From an uncultured virus (IMG/VR IMGVR_UViG_3300006145_000002) (Duplodnaviria; Heunggongvirae; Uroviricota; Caudoviricetes): a stretch of 64,000 nucleotides of DNA. The position numbers and the translations under genes were made by a program. Positions within the stretch are counted from its first letter, which is position 1; each line of letters opens with the position of its first letter. Positions 1 through 11,012 of this stretch are shown one piece after another. Location: IMG/VR virus record IMGVR_UViG_3300006145_000002, one strand, 5' to 3'. Under the pieces are notes generated by a model that ran no database searches, was not told the origin of the DNA, and was given only the letters and a program-made list of their open reading frames with translations.

Positions 1-339
1 GATGAAAAATATATCGCAGAGCGTCATGCGAAAGATTTGCTTGATTGTTTAAAGTGTATGGGTTGTCCAGCAGCTACAATGTATTGATATGAAAGGAGCA
101 AGTAAAATGAATTATGTATATAAGATCGCTTATTTAGCTAAAGATGGAGGCACGTTCCACGGATTGCCTTATCTTCATGATGAAGCATTTTCAGATATTG
201 ATAATGCAAGAAAAACGCAAAAGGAATTAAAAGAAGCTGGTTTCAAAGGTGTAGAAATTTTTAAAGTTCCAGATGTTCCAGATGAAATCACATGGGGTTA
301 TGTTGAGGCCAATAAAGTTGAATAAGCGGAGGTAATATA

Positions 340-1362
340 ATGGACATTATTGAAGTTTTGATTCGCCCGGAGTATCGGTTCATTCAAACAAACCCTCATC
401 TTGGGGGGTCGATGCTGTTTGCAACATTTGGCGGTAGTCATTCATACGGTACAAACGTAGAAGGATCAGACATAGACATTCGTGGATGTGCTTTTAATTC
501 CAAGACTGATTTGCTTGGTAGAACAAATTTTGAACAAGTGATTGATAATGCTACAGATACTACAATCTATTCGTTCAATAAGCTGATTGGTCTACTGGAA
601 AACTGCAATCCAAACACAATCGAAATGCTTGGCTGTAGGCCAGAGTCTTATATGTTCTATCATCCTATTGGAAAAATGATGGTAGATCAGCGAAAGATGT
701 TTCTGTCGCAAAAGGCAGTTGGTTCTTTTGGCGGTTATGCTACACAGCAGTTGCGGCGGCTGCAAGCTGCTCTGGCACGTGATCGGTATGACCAGAGTGA
801 AAAGGAAAAGCAAATTCTGTCTTCGTGCAAATCTTCTATGACTACGTTTAATGACCGCTATAAAGAGTTTGAGGAAGGTGCAATCAATCTTTACATAGGC
901 GATTCTGAACGTGATGATTTGGACACGGAAATCTTTGTGGATGTTTCGCTTCAGCATTATCCGTTGCGTGACTATAAGAACATCTGGAGCGATTTGAATA
1001 CAGTTGTAAAAGAGTATGGAAAGATTACACAGCGGAACAAGAAAAAAGATGATGCGCACCTGAACAAACACGCTATGCACCTGATCCGTTTGTATCTTAT
1101 GTGTATCGACATTCTTGAAACTGGTGACATTGTAACCTATCGGAAAAATGATCTACCTTTGCTGATGGCTATTCGGAATGGTGAGTATCAGAAAGAAGAT
1201 GGAACATTCCGACAGGAGTTTTATGATATGTTGGACGTATATGAGCAGCGGATGCAGTATGCAAAGAAGAACACCGATCTGCCTCCGAAGCCTGACTATA
1301 AGAAGATCGAAGAATTTGTGATAATGGCAAATTTGGAGGCCATTCAGATTACAGGAGGATAA
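340..1362 (+). CDS. Pol-beta superfamily nucleotidyltransferase (RlaP/YcgL-like)
   Basis: GGSHSYGTNVEGSDIDIRG (GS...DxD) motif, NPNTIEML, C-terminal KHAMHLIRL helical domain. GGAGG RBS. Confidence 0.85.
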   Translation: MDIIEVLIRPEYRFIQTNPHLGGSMLFATFGGSHSYGTNVEGSDIDIRGCAFNSKTDLLGRTNFEQVIDNATDTTIYSFNKLIGLLENCNPNTIEMLGCRPESYMFYHPIGKMMVDQRKMFLSQKAVGSFGGYATQQLRRLQAALARDRYDQSEKEKQILSSCKSSMTTFNDRYKEFEEGAINLYIGDSERDDLDTEIFVDVSLQHYPLRDYKNIWSDLNTVVKEYGKITQRNKKKDDAHLNKHAMHLIRLYLMCIDILETGDIVTYRKNDLPLLMAIRNGEYQKEDGTFRQEFYDMLDVYEQRMQYAKKNTDLPPKPDYKKIEEFVIMANLEAIQITGG

Positions 1363-1512
1363 TTATATGCGATGGCTTGGCAACTTTGTTGGTGAAGAAC
1401 AAGTCGTAAGAAAATTTGCGTTTTTGCCGATAGCTGGAGTTTGTCGCTATTCATCAAACTTGGCTTGGTGGATCGTGGCATAATGATTGGTTTGAGGACT
1501 AAGGAGAAATAT

Positions 1513-1782
1513 ATGTTTTTGAATGTGGTAATTGGAACACCTTTAGTTGCTCCAGAGGAATTATTGGCGTTCAATCTTGATGATTGGAACAATAACGAAA
1601 AGCAGCATACTTTATTTACAGAAACAAGATATTTGCCAGCGGTACTTAAAGAAGCTGGTATAGTTTCTTCAACTAATGAAGTGCGGAAAAACAAACCAAA
1701 GTTAAATATTACGCTGGATAGGCCAGATTGTATGATGATTAAGTGGGGAAAGAAGTTTTTGTTTATTGTAGTAGGAGAATAA
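1513..1782 (+). CDS. small protein with S4-like RNA-binding motif resembling the TyrRS C-terminal domain
   Basis: LPAVLKEAGIVSSTNEVRK...MIKWGKKFL. AAGGAG RBS before ATG 1513. Confidence 0.5.
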   Translation: MFLNVVIGTPLVAPEELLAFNLDDWNNNEKQHTLFTETRYLPAVLKEAGIVSSTNEVRKNKPKLNITLDRPDCMMIKWGKKFLFIVVGE

Positions 1783-1783
1783 A

Positions 1784-2149
1784 ATGAAAAATAAGGTTCG
1801 TGTAAGATATTTTAATCAAAGAGGTTCACGTTTTAATCACAGTAGTTTTAAAGAAGTTTTTCGTTATCAAATTTATAGAAATCTTACTGTTTCAAAATCA
1901 ATAAATGGCGTATGTTGGTGGTTTCATTCAGAAAATAAATGGTTTAATTGGAATGATGCTATTAAATTAGGATTGTTAGATAAAAATGGTCGAAGTTGTT
2001 CAACTCATAGTAAAGAAATACGTAGTGTTAAAGCGGCTATTCGTCATGCAAAAAAACATATTGAACTTCCTGTAGGGACTGTTCTTTCACTTTGTTCTAA
2101 TTTTGCTGGCATAGGAGTTGAAATAAAGATTATTGGAAAAATAGATTGA
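1784..2149 (+). CDS. hypothetical protein
   Basis: ORF with AGGAG RBS, in operon. Confidence 0.55.
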   Translation: MKNKVRVRYFNQRGSRFNHSSFKEVFRYQIYRNLTVSKSINGVCWWFHSENKWFNWNDAIKLGLLDKNGRSCSTHSKEIRSVKAAIRHAKKHIELPVGTVLSLCSNFAGIGVEIKIIGKID

Positions 2150-2615
2150 ATACTGGAGGAAACATGGATATTAAATTTGAATTGTCTTTTACAGAAGCTA
2201 TGCAAGCTGTATTGGATGGAAAATTTGTTCAAGGCGAACATTTTGTTTGGAACGCTTATCTTGCTGCAAAAGATGGAATTGTGATGATTAATTCTTTCCA
2301 TAGTGATGAAGCGATTAAATATCATGTGGATGGAAAATTTTTTATTACAAATGGCGTACTCTCGCAAAAATATAGAGAAGTTTCGGTGTTAAATGAAAGT
2401 GGACTATTCCATATGTAATTAGGAGGTATAAGATGATTTTAATTGACATGGAGATGCCTACTGGTTGTGATGAGTGTCCTTGTTGTCAGCCAGACGCACA
2501 TTTTAATAGATATACTTGTGGTGTTGATGACGATGATGATGTGATGGATGATGAGACTGGTGAGATTTTTCAAGTTCGTCCGCCTTGGTGTCCATTAAAA
2601 GAAATGTAGGTTCTT

Positions 2616-3959
2616 ATGGGAAAAATAATTAATATTCCAGATGCTCCAAAGCAGCTTATGAAGATTCTGTTGGATGCAGGATATGAAGCCTATGTAGTGG
2701 GTGGCTGCGTTCGTGATTTTCTGTTGGGACGTGTGCCGCATGATTGGGATATTTGTACGAATGCACTTCCAGAACAAATGAAGGAGTGTTTTGCTGATTA
2801 TCATGTAATTAAAACTGGCCTCCAGCATGGCACTCTTACAGTTATGGTGGATCATGTTGGGTATGAAATTACAACATATCGCACTGATGGAGAGTACACA
2901 GATCATCGGCATCCAGATTCAGTGCAGTTTGTCGGCACACTTCAAGAAGATTTGATGCGCCGTGATTTTACAATCAATGCAATGGCTGCTGATATTAGTG
3001 GAAAAATCCGAGACTTTTATGATGGACAATTTGATTTGGAACATAAGTGGATTCGTTGTGTAGGCGATCCGAATAAACGGTTCACGGAAGATCCATTGCG
3101 TATCCTTCGTGCTATGCGGTTTGAATCAAATCTGGGGTTTGCCATTGAACCTTATACAGAAATGGCTATGAGGGATCATCGGTATCTGCTCCAGCATATA
3201 TCCGCTGAAAGAATCAATTCGGAACTATGTGGTATTTTGATGGGCGATTGCTATTCAACGCTGGCCTGTTACCCTGATGTGCTGGCAGTGTGTATTCCAG
3301 ATGTTGAACGGTGTATTGGGTTTAAGCAAAACAATCCTCATCACAATAGAAATGTTTGGAATCATATTGTGTACGCTGTTTCGGTTGCACCTAAAGACCT
3401 TTATGTTCGGCTGGCATTATTGTATCATGATATTGGAAAGCCGTTGTGTTATACAATAGATAGTGGCGTAGGACATTTTTATGGTCATGCTGCTATCAGT
3501 AGAGACATAGCAGAAAAGTCTTTGCGAGAACTACGATTTGATAATCAGACTGTTAAGCTGGTGACACAGCTTGTAGAAGCCCATGACAGGACGATTGAGC
3601 CACGTAAGCCAGTGATTCGCCGCTGTATGAATAAGCTGGGGCTGGAGCAATTTCTTCGTTTATTGAATGTAAAAGAAGCCGACTATGCCGCACAAGCACA
3701 GTTGTATGGTGATAGATTGCAAAAGGTAGAGATTCTTCAGATGGCAAATGAAATTCTGGCAGCACAAATACAGCAGGAAGAATGTTTCACCTTGAAAGAT
3801 TTAGCTATCAATGGTAATGACTTGATTCAGCTTGGATATAAACCCGGAAAGAAAATTGGAACTGTGTTAAATCAGTTGCTTGAGATGGTGATTGATGATA
3901 AAATAGCAAATGACAAAGTTCAGTTGACCTTGTGGGCAATCAATCGGATGGAGGAATAG
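2616..3959 (+). CDS. cca: CCA-adding tRNA nucleotidyltransferase (class II) with HD domain
   Basis: VGGCVRD..DWD, EITTYR, DLMRRDFTINAMA, EDPLRILR, LYHDIGK motifs. Confidence 0.9.
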   Translation: MGKIINIPDAPKQLMKILLDAGYEAYVVGGCVRDFLLGRVPHDWDICTNALPEQMKECFADYHVIKTGLQHGTLTVMVDHVGYEITTYRTDGEYTDHRHPDSVQFVGTLQEDLMRRDFTINAMAADISGKIRDFYDGQFDLEHKWIRCVGDPNKRFTEDPLRILRAMRFESNLGFAIEPYTEMAMRDHRYLLQHISAERINSELCGILMGDCYSTLACYPDVLAVCIPDVERCIGFKQNNPHHNRNVWNHIVYAVSVAPKDLYVRLALLYHDIGKPLCYTIDSGVGHFYGHAAISRDIAEKSLRELRFDNQTVKLVTQLVEAHDRTIEPRKPVIRRCMNKLGLEQFLRLLNVKEADYAAQAQLYGDRLQKVEILQMANEILAAQIQQEECFTLKDLAINGNDLIQLGYKPGKKIGTVLNQLLEMVIDDKIANDKVQLTLWAINRMEE

Positions 3960-4277
3960 TTTATGTTGCTTTTAAAAGGAGAAAGAAGAAAAAGTGTTGT
4001 ATGTGATGCAATTCTTAAAGGGAACAAAAATGCGGTTTGTTACCAATATACAAGAGATGTTGTTCCTACATTGAATTCATATATTGTTTCTTCAGATAAT
4101 CCACAAGAACTTTTGGGAGAGAAACTTTTAAATGAAGTTCAATTAAGCAATCCAAATATGCTTGTAATATATACAAATGAAAAACAAGCGGATTTAGCTG
4201 TTCTTCAAGAATGGATAGATAAAATTGAAAATTCTTCTGGTTGCTTAGTAATTTTAGCGTGTAGGTAAGGTGATATT

Positions 4278-4623
4278 ATGGCTGAATGGCGATACAAGTT
4301 AGAATTTCATGGCAAGGATTTACGTGAGAAAATCAATAATGGCGGAGAGGATTTAGAGTCATGTAAAGCCACGCTTCAGGCTTTAAAGGATTGTTACGAT
4401 TAAATAAAAAGACTGGTCAAGGATGATTGGTGGAACTTTGAAAGTGACTATGAGTCTGGAGTATTACATTGGTGTGTTGAACAATCCAGATGAGGGCGCA
4501 CGTGAAGATGCTTTGCTGGATGGTGGTTATAATGGTTTTAATCCCGCACTTGAATGTGTAAATGATAGCCTTCGAGCCTTTTATGATCTTTGTGATTATT
4601 ATAGGATTTGGGTAGGTGTGTAA
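4278..4623 (+). pseudogene. disrupted hypothetical gene
   Basis: RBS and ATG 4278, in-frame TAA at 4401, then protein-like sequence continues and shifts into the 4423-4623 frame. Confidence 0.45.
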
Positions 4624-4888
4624 AATGACAGAGCAAGAAAAATATATTCTTTTGCAAAAATGTATTGAAACTGCGAAAGAATTACAAGATAAGGCAACTG
4701 AAGCAGAAAATTTGATTTTCGAGGCATTAAGCGATCTTGGTATTGATCCTGCAAAATATACTACGGCAGCAGAAAATGCCAGCGACTTAGCAGAAGCGAT
4801 TTCTTGTTATATAAGTTATGGAGAATATTCTGTAGATGGGCTGATGCAAGAAATTCGGAAAGCATATGAGGAAGAGAATAATGGGTAA
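4616..4888 (+). CDS. hypothetical protein
   Basis: ORF in tightly packed operon. Confidence 0.55.
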   Translation: MCKMTEQEKYILLQKCIETAKELQDKATEAENLIFEALSDLGIDPAKYTTAAENASDLAEAISCYISYGEYSVDGLMQEIRKAYEEENNG

Positions 4889-5083
4889 GGTTGGACGATA
4901 TGTAAAATGCCCTTGCGGACATTCTGATGGCGGTGATGATATAATTGATAGCTATTCTGTACTTGACCGCAGCTACAATGGCTCTGAACTTGTTATTCGG
5001 GAATCAAGAAAGTGTGATATTTGTCATAAATATTACTCTGTGATTATGCACTACAAATTACAGTATGAAGAGGTTGAAAATAG

Positions 5084-5614
5084 ATGAGGTTTAGAGATAT
5101 TCCACAATTTATCAGCGATGGATCATATCAAGTCAATATGTCGTGGGAATATTTAATTGAGTGGTTGGATCAGAGGGTAAAAGAAGAAGGGTTACAACTT
5201 AATCCAGATTTTCAGCGAGGTCATGTCTGGACTGAAGAACAGCAAATTAAATTCTTGGAGTTTATTCTTCAGGGTGGTAAGACTGGACGTACTCTTTATT
5301 TCAACGATCCGTACTGGCATAGTGTTAGACCAAAGACTGGATATGCTGATTTCGTGTGTGTTGATGGCCTCCAGCGAATTACAGCTATTCAGCGGTTTAT
5401 GAATGATGAAATTCGTGTATTTGGTTTGCTTCATTCTGAATTTGAGGGTGAAACAGATTTGGTTCGGCACAGTATGTTGCTGAATGTAAATGATCTCAAG
5501 ACGAAGAAAGAAGTTTTACAGTGGTATGTTCAGATGAATGCTGGCGGTACACCACATTCCGCAGAAGAAATTGAGCGTGTAAAAAAGTTAATGGAGGAAT
5601 GCGAAAATGTGTGA
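5084..5614 (+). CDS. DUF262 (ParB-like, GmrS-type) domain protein
   Basis: NPDFQRGHVW and VDGLQR motifs. Confidence 0.85.
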   Translation: MRFRDIPQFISDGSYQVNMSWEYLIEWLDQRVKEEGLQLNPDFQRGHVWTEEQQIKFLEFILQGGKTGRTLYFNDPYWHSVRPKTGYADFVCVDGLQRITAIQRFMNDEIRVFGLLHSEFEGETDLVRHSMLLNVNDLKTKKEVLQWYVQMNAGGTPHSAEEIERVKKLMEECENV

Positions 5615-5831
5615 ACTTTGTGAGCGGTTTGATTTCGGCTCTGCTGCTTATGAAATAGACCGACATGGAACAAGAATTGTTATGGCTGGAGGTAACTATC
5701 GTTTTCCAGAAGAAAGACAGTTTAATTTTTGTCCTCGATGTGGTGCATCCCGTGTTGAAGTGCTGACAAAACGATCTAATAATAGCCAGAGTTTATCTAT
5801 TTAACGACATAATAACGTAATATTCAATAGG

Positions 5832-6638
5832 GTGAATGAAATGATACGAGTAAATGAAAGCGAATTAAACCTCAAGACGATCATGGATAGTGGTCAGTGT
5901 TTTCGCATTTTCAGTGTTGAAGATAGTTATTTTGCTGCTGTCTATGATGTTCTGGCAATGAATAAGTATGTTCGTGTCTATCATGTCAAATCTGAAGGTG
6001 CATATTTCTTTAATTGTGACAAAGAAGAATGGGATTTTTGGCGAATGTATTTCGACCTCGATACAAATTACCAAGATTTCTTTGATGCTATTTCAAGATC
6101 AGATGATGGTTTTCTAAAAACAGCAGCAGAATATGGGAGTGGTATGCGGATACTAAAACAATCTTTTTGGGAGGCATTGATTTCTTTTGTTATCTCACAA
6201 AACAACAATATTCCACGAATTAAGAAGTCTATCGAATTGCTCTGCGAAAAGTTTGGCAAACCTATTGAGAAATATGGAATGGTTCGGTATTCATTTCCTA
6301 CCGCAAAGGATTTAGAGAATATTTCTTTGGATGATTTATCGGATTTGGGATTAGGGTATCGTGCATCTTATATTTATGGTATATGCAAACGAAACTCAGC
6401 TTTAATTATGCCTAACTATGATATGTTGTTGGCTATTCCGGGGATCGGTAAAAAAGTGGCCTCCTGTATCATGTTATTTGGCGCATATGATTTGACGCAA
6501 TTTCCGATTGATACTTGGATGAGGAAGTTGTTAGATGAAGTTTATGACGGCAAATTTGACACTACACCATATAAGGGCTTTGAAGGATTTGTACAGCAGC
6601 TTCAGTTTTATTATTATCGTCATTTGAAAGGAAAATGA
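5832..6638 (+). CDS. 8-oxoguanine DNA glycosylase (Ogg, HhH-GPD family)
   Basis: DSGQCFR, SQNNNIPRI, GLGYRA, HhH IPGIGKKVA, FPIDTW. Confidence 0.9.
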   Translation: MNEMIRVNESELNLKTIMDSGQCFRIFSVEDSYFAAVYDVLAMNKYVRVYHVKSEGAYFFNCDKEEWDFWRMYFDLDTNYQDFFDAISRSDDGFLKTAAEYGSGMRILKQSFWEALISFVISQNNNIPRIKKSIELLCEKFGKPIEKYGMVRYSFPTAKDLENISLDDLSDLGLGYRASYIYGICKRNSALIMPNYDMLLAIPGIGKKVASCIMLFGAYDLTQFPIDTWMRKLLDEVYDGKFDTTPYKGFEGFVQQLQFYYYRHLKGK

Positions 6639-7038
6639 AAATGCGACAACCCACAGTAGAAAATAAATATGATCTTACTATGGCGAAAATCCGAAAGCTG
6701 AAAATCACAGATAGAAGTCAGATTGGCAAGCCGTTGTTTTGGCGTAATGATGTAATTGGAGCATGGTGCATTGTTGGGGGCTACTGGTAGCGATATGGAT
6801 ATTCAATTCGGAACAGATAATGAGTTTTGGATTGGTATATACGATGACAATGCCAAAGCATATGCTGGTAAATTTCGAGTTCATTTTACATCTTATGGTG
6901 GAATGTGCGGCTATAAATTCAATCAATTCTTTAGAGAAAAAGACATTGAGAATGATAATGACTTACTTATTCAAGAGAAGTTTCTTAGCAAAATAAATGA
7001 GTTAATTGATTTGGGGATTCTAAGTCAGGAGTGATATT

Positions 7039-7515
7039 ATGTGGGGTTATGTTCTGTTAGTAATTATAGCTATAGTTCTAATTTGTGTTTTCATTTGTTT
7101 TTATATTGATTGGCAAACAGATAAAGAAATTGAAAAGGAACACAAAGAACGTGATGCGGTTGAAAATCGACTCACAGAATCTTTGAAAACGTTATGCACC
7201 CAACTTGGTATTGGCCTATCGTATCACAAAGAACTTGGTATTGCTGCTGGACGTATTCTATATCATTCAATGAATGGGCGGCTTTTTGTTGATAATGCAA
7301 GGATTGAGATTTTAGAGAAATATGAACATAAACCGTATGTTCTTGCACATGAACTTGGACATTATATGGCAATTAAGCAGCGACAAGATAATTCGGAGAG
7401 TGGAGCAGACCACGAAGCCGAAAAATTATGTCGGTTGATACTTAATAAGAAAGAACAAGAATTTCTTTCAATTAGTTTAAGATGTTACTTTCATGAAACG
7501 GAGGAAAATAAATGA
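7039..7515 (+). CDS. membrane-anchored HExxH zinc metallopeptidase-like protein
   Basis: N-terminal hydrophobic helix, LAHELGH motif. Confidence 0.6.
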   Translation: MWGYVLLVIIAIVLICVFICFYIDWQTDKEIEKEHKERDAVENRLTESLKTLCTQLGIGLSYHKELGIAAGRILYHSMNGRLFVDNARIEILEKYEHKPYVLAHELGHYMAIKQRQDNSESGADHEAEKLCRLILNKKEQEFLSISLRCYFHETEENK

Positions 7516-7961
7516 GTGTAGTTGTTATGTCCCGTGATGCTGCAATGCGGTATTGTAATGAGTATCATAATAATCCAGCTATTATGATTTCAATTTCTGA
7601 TCCATGCATAACTTATCCATGCGATCCATTTTGTTCAAAGAGAAATAATCTTATTGCGATTCTGCCCCTGTTTTTTACTGATGCAGATAAACCGGGGAAG
7701 GATGTGTATGATCGAGAGGTAACAGAAAATGATTTGATTACCGATGCGGATGCACAACTTATTAAGCAACTGCTAAATAAATATCCTGATACAGATGTGA
7801 TTGTTCATTGTGATGCTGGTATTTCTCGTTCCTCTGGTGTAGCTGCGGCGATTCTGAAGGCAAGTACAGGTGACGATTCACAAATCTTTAATAGTCCTAA
7901 GTATAGGCCGAATATGCGCTGCTATAGGATGGTGCTGGATGAGTTAATGTCGGAGGACTGA
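7512..7961 (+). CDS. PTP/dual-specificity phosphatase family protein
   Basis: VHCDAGISRS (CX5R) motif, PN near the C-terminus. Confidence 0.85.
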   Translation: MSVVVMSRDAAMRYCNEYHNNPAIMISISDPCITYPCDPFCSKRNNLIAILPLFFTDADKPGKDVYDREVTENDLITDADAQLIKQLLNKYPDTDVIVHCDAGISRSSGVAAAILKASTGDDSQIFNSPKYRPNMRCYRMVLDELMSED

Positions 7962-8131
7962 TATGTATTGTGATGGTCAGTGCAAGAATTTAGACGAAAA
8001 GAAGCATAAGTGCAATTTAACTGGTGAGAAATTGTCCTATATGCGCTATGGAGGGCGTAAAACAGGGTTTATTGTGCATGAACATAATGGTGTTTGCGTA
8101 CAAGATGAAAATAAAAAGGAGGATTCTAACA

Positions 8132-9001
8132 ATGGGTAACAAAAAAGATAGTCTTGGGGATCGCATGAAGCGATATGAGAATGTATCTAAAGTGAGTTTG
8201 GTACGGCGTATGCCCGTTATTATTCGGTTGGATGGCAAGGCATTTCACACGTTTACAAGAGGGTTTATGAAGCCTTTTGATAGTCTGTTGATGCAGACCA
8301 TGAATGATACTATGAAATACCTTTGCGAGAACATTCAAGGCTGCGTGATGGCCTATACACAGTTCGATGAAATTACGCTTGTCTTGATTGATTATCAGAC
8401 ACTTACAAGTGATGCTTGGTTTGATAATAATGTTGAAAAGATGTGTAGTATTTCAGCTTCTATGGCTACATTGGCTTTTAATGCTGCTTGGCGCAGGAAT
8501 GTTGACGCATGGGCTGCAAGTAGGATTCCCGGATGGTATGATGGTGGTACGAATGATCCTGATAGTGTAGATCAGGCTGTTTTGAAACAAGCAGAACTGT
8601 ATGTATCACGTTTTGATCGTGCGCTGTTTGATGCTCGTGCTTTTAATGTGCCGAAAGAGGAAGTTATGAACTGCTTGATTTGGCGGCAGCAGGACGCTAC
8701 TCGTAATAGTATCCAGTCTGCGGGTCAGGCCCAGTTCTCACACAAGCAGCTTATGGGAAAGTCTTGCAATGAAATTCAGGATATGCTTTTTACTCAAAAG
8801 GGTATTAACTGGAATGATTATCCTACATCTTGTAAACGGGGTACGTGTTGCATTAAAAAGCCCGTAACTTTTGATGCCAGAGACAAGTCAGGGAAAGTTA
8901 CAGGTATTTGTTCTCGTAATAAGTGGGTAATTGATACTGAAATTCCTATTTTCAATCGGGAGCCTAATTATATCAATTCCCGTGTATTTGTTGGTGGTTA
9001 A
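8132..9001 (+). CDS. Thg1-like 3'-5' polymerase (tRNA-His guanylyltransferase family)
   Basis: RLDGKAFHTFT, YTQ(F)DEI, FDARAF, WRQQDATRNSI. AGGAGG RBS before ATG 8132. Confidence 0.9.
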   Translation: MGNKKDSLGDRMKRYENVSKVSLVRRMPVIIRLDGKAFHTFTRGFMKPFDSLLMQTMNDTMKYLCENIQGCVMAYTQFDEITLVLIDYQTLTSDAWFDNNVEKMCSISASMATLAFNAAWRRNVDAWAASRIPGWYDGGTNDPDSVDQAVLKQAELYVSRFDRALFDARAFNVPKEEVMNCLIWRQQDATRNSIQSAGQAQFSHKQLMGKSCNEIQDMLFTQKGINWNDYPTSCKRGTCCIKKPVTFDARDKSGKVTGICSRNKWVIDTEIPIFNREPNYINSRVFVGG

Positions 9002-9003
9002 GT

Positions 9004-9714
9004 ATGATTTATTGTACTGGTGACATTCATGGTGATGTACGAACACTATTGAATTGGCTTGACAAATGCCGCATTCCTCATCAAAAAGACCAGATAATTG
9101 TTTTGCTTGGTGATGTAGGAGTGAACTACTTCGGTAACTTACATGACCAAGAAGCAAAGGTTCTTTTGCAAGACAGTAATCGGACATATTTTTGTATTCA
9201 TGGTAATCATGAGCGTAGGCCAGCAAGTATTGCTACATATCATTCTGATATTTGGCATGGTGGAGCAGTTTATATTGAGGATGAATATTCTAATCTTGTC
9301 TTTGCACAGGATGGTGAAGTGTTTGATCTTGAGGGGTTACAGACACTTGTACTTGGTGGAGCCTATAGTATTGATAAATGGTTTCGTTTGCAAAGTGGAT
9401 ACCACTGGTTTGATGATGAGCAGATACCAGAGCAGCGGCGCATAGTTATTCTGGATAAGGTAAAGCAGCTTGACAAAGTTGATCTGGTTCTGTCTCATAC
9501 TTGTCCGTTTCAATGGCGACCAACTGATTTGTTCTTGTCTGACGTAGATCAAAATACTGTTGACAATTCTATGGAACGTTGGCTTACAGAAGTTGAAAAG
9601 AACTTAAATTATCGTTATTGGCTGTTTGGACATTTTCATGATGATCGGTCAATTAATGATAAAGCGCAGATGCTTTTCAAGAATGTAATTGATTTAGAAT
9701 TTTTGAAGGAGTGA
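9004..9714 (+). CDS. calcineurin-like metallophosphoesterase
   Basis: GDIHG, LGD, HGNHE, SHTCP, FGHFH motifs. Confidence 0.9.
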   Translation: MIYCTGDIHGDVRTLLNWLDKCRIPHQKDQIIVLLGDVGVNYFGNLHDQEAKVLLQDSNRTYFCIHGNHERRPASIATYHSDIWHGGAVYIEDEYSNLVFAQDGEVFDLEGLQTLVLGGAYSIDKWFRLQSGYHWFDDEQIPEQRRIVILDKVKQLDKVDLVLSHTCPFQWRPTDLFLSDVDQNTVDNSMERWLTEVEKNLNYRYWLFGHFHDDRSINDKAQMLFKNVIDLEFLKE

Positions 9715-9922
9715 TTCAATGAAATTTATATTAGGATTCTTTGTTCTTGCGTATGTATTTATGTTTTTCTATCCTAAATTCACTGTTTCAATCAATGGTG
9801 TTCCTACCGATAGCTTTACAATGAGAATTTTAGGTGCATTGGCTGTAGCGGTTTTATTGACAGTGTTTATAGGTTTGCCACTTTTGGGTGTAATTTCCAT
9901 ATTTACTTAATGGGGTGATTTT

Positions 9923-10315
9923 ATGGGATTTGTTTTTACTGAGGATGGTAAGGAAATCATTATTGGTGATCCTGAAAAGAATATCCAGCAAAGTTTAAAT
10001 TCTATCAAACAATCTGTGGATTACCTTGTTCGAGATAATAAGGCTCTGCGCTCACAGATTAAGGAATTTAACAAGGATGCTGAAATTCAGGCCAAGGATA
10101 AGGAACTGAAATCTGTGCGAGATCATGCACTCTGCGTTATGTCTGATAAGGAAAGCAAAGCCAGACGTGCATTTATGGAACGGCATTATAAGTCTTGTGG
10201 TAATGCAGGAACATATATTTATGAACTGTCTGGCACTGGTATTGGCACAGTTATTAAGATAAAATGTCCTATTTGTGGAGTAGAGGAAGATGTTACAGAT
10301 ATAGATAGCTGGTAA
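9923..10315 (+). CDS. hypothetical protein (coiled coil plus CxxC)
   Basis: ORF with RBS, C-terminal KCPICG. Confidence 0.6.
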   Translation: MGFVFTEDGKEIIIGDPEKNIQQSLNSIKQSVDYLVRDNKALRSQIKEFNKDAEIQAKDKELKSVRDHALCVMSDKESKARRAFMERHYKSCGNAGTYIYELSGTGIGTVIKIKCPICGVEEDVTDIDSW

Positions 10316-10327
10316 AGGAGTGATTAG

Positions 10328-10948
10328 ATGAATAAACCGTATGATTCTGGTTTAATTGTTGGACGCTTTCAAACATTTCACAAAGGTCATCAACGGCTTG
10401 TAGAAACCGGGCTTACCTTGTGTGATAGGTTGCTTATTCTGGTTGGCTCCGCACAGGAATGTGGTACTGTTAGAAATCCTCTTAATATTCAAACACGTAT
10501 TGATATGATTCGTACTGTGTACGACACAGATAGGATAATGATTTATGGTTTGAGTGATATGACAGATGAAAATGATATTCGCCCCGAATGGGGTAGGTAT
10601 CTACTTGGTAATGTAGATCGTTATTTGTATAAGGCTCCAGAACTCATGATTTATGGTAATGATGAATCAAGAAGTCGTTGGTTTGATGTAGAGGATATAA
10701 AAGATACGTCTGAATTTATTGTGAATCGTGGCAGTTTACCTATTAGTGCTACCATGCTGCGTACTATGATGGTTCAAGATAATCGTAAAGACTGGATGCA
10801 ATGGGTTGATCCCCGGCTACATAAAATGTATGATCGTATTCGTACAGAACTGATGACCGTTTCGTATTATCAGGACATGGCTAAAATTTTTGAAACAAAA
10901 TTTAAAATACCCCTTGACAATAACGGTATATTCAACTATAATAAATAA
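10328..10948 (+). CDS. NMN adenylyltransferase-like (NadM/cytidylyltransferase family)
   Basis: GRFQTFHKGH (HxGH), GSAQ, RNP, ISATMLR motifs. Confidence 0.8.
   Translation: MNKPYDSGLIVGRFQTFHKGHQRLVETGLTLCDRLLILVGSAQECGTVRNPLNIQTRIDMIRTVYDTDRIMIYGLSDMTDENDIRPEWGRYLLGNVDRYLYKAPELMIYGNDESRSRWFDVEDIKDTSEFIVNRGSLPISATMLRTMMVQDNRKDWMQWVDPRLHKMYDRIRTELMTVSYYQDMAKIFETKFKIPLDNNGIFNYNK
10914..10942 (+). promoter_or_regulatory. sigma-A promoter whose spacer is the repeated 18-bp motif
   Basis: TTGACA 10914-10919, 17 bp, TATAAT 10937-10942. Confidence 0.85.
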
Positions 10949-11012
10949 TGTCAGGAGCAAGGAACTGACAATGATCTAAAAGTGAATAACGACATAATCA
11001 ATAACTGAAAGG

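Noticed and set aside
403..408. G6 runs at 403 and near 20983 as phase-variable tracts
   Set aside because: They are short, in frame, not followed by CA, and explainable as Gly-Gly codons.
4278..4623. Stop-codon reassignment suggested by the in-frame TAA at 4401
   Set aside because: This is a single case that also needs a frameshift. All three stop codons terminate intact genes elsewhere.
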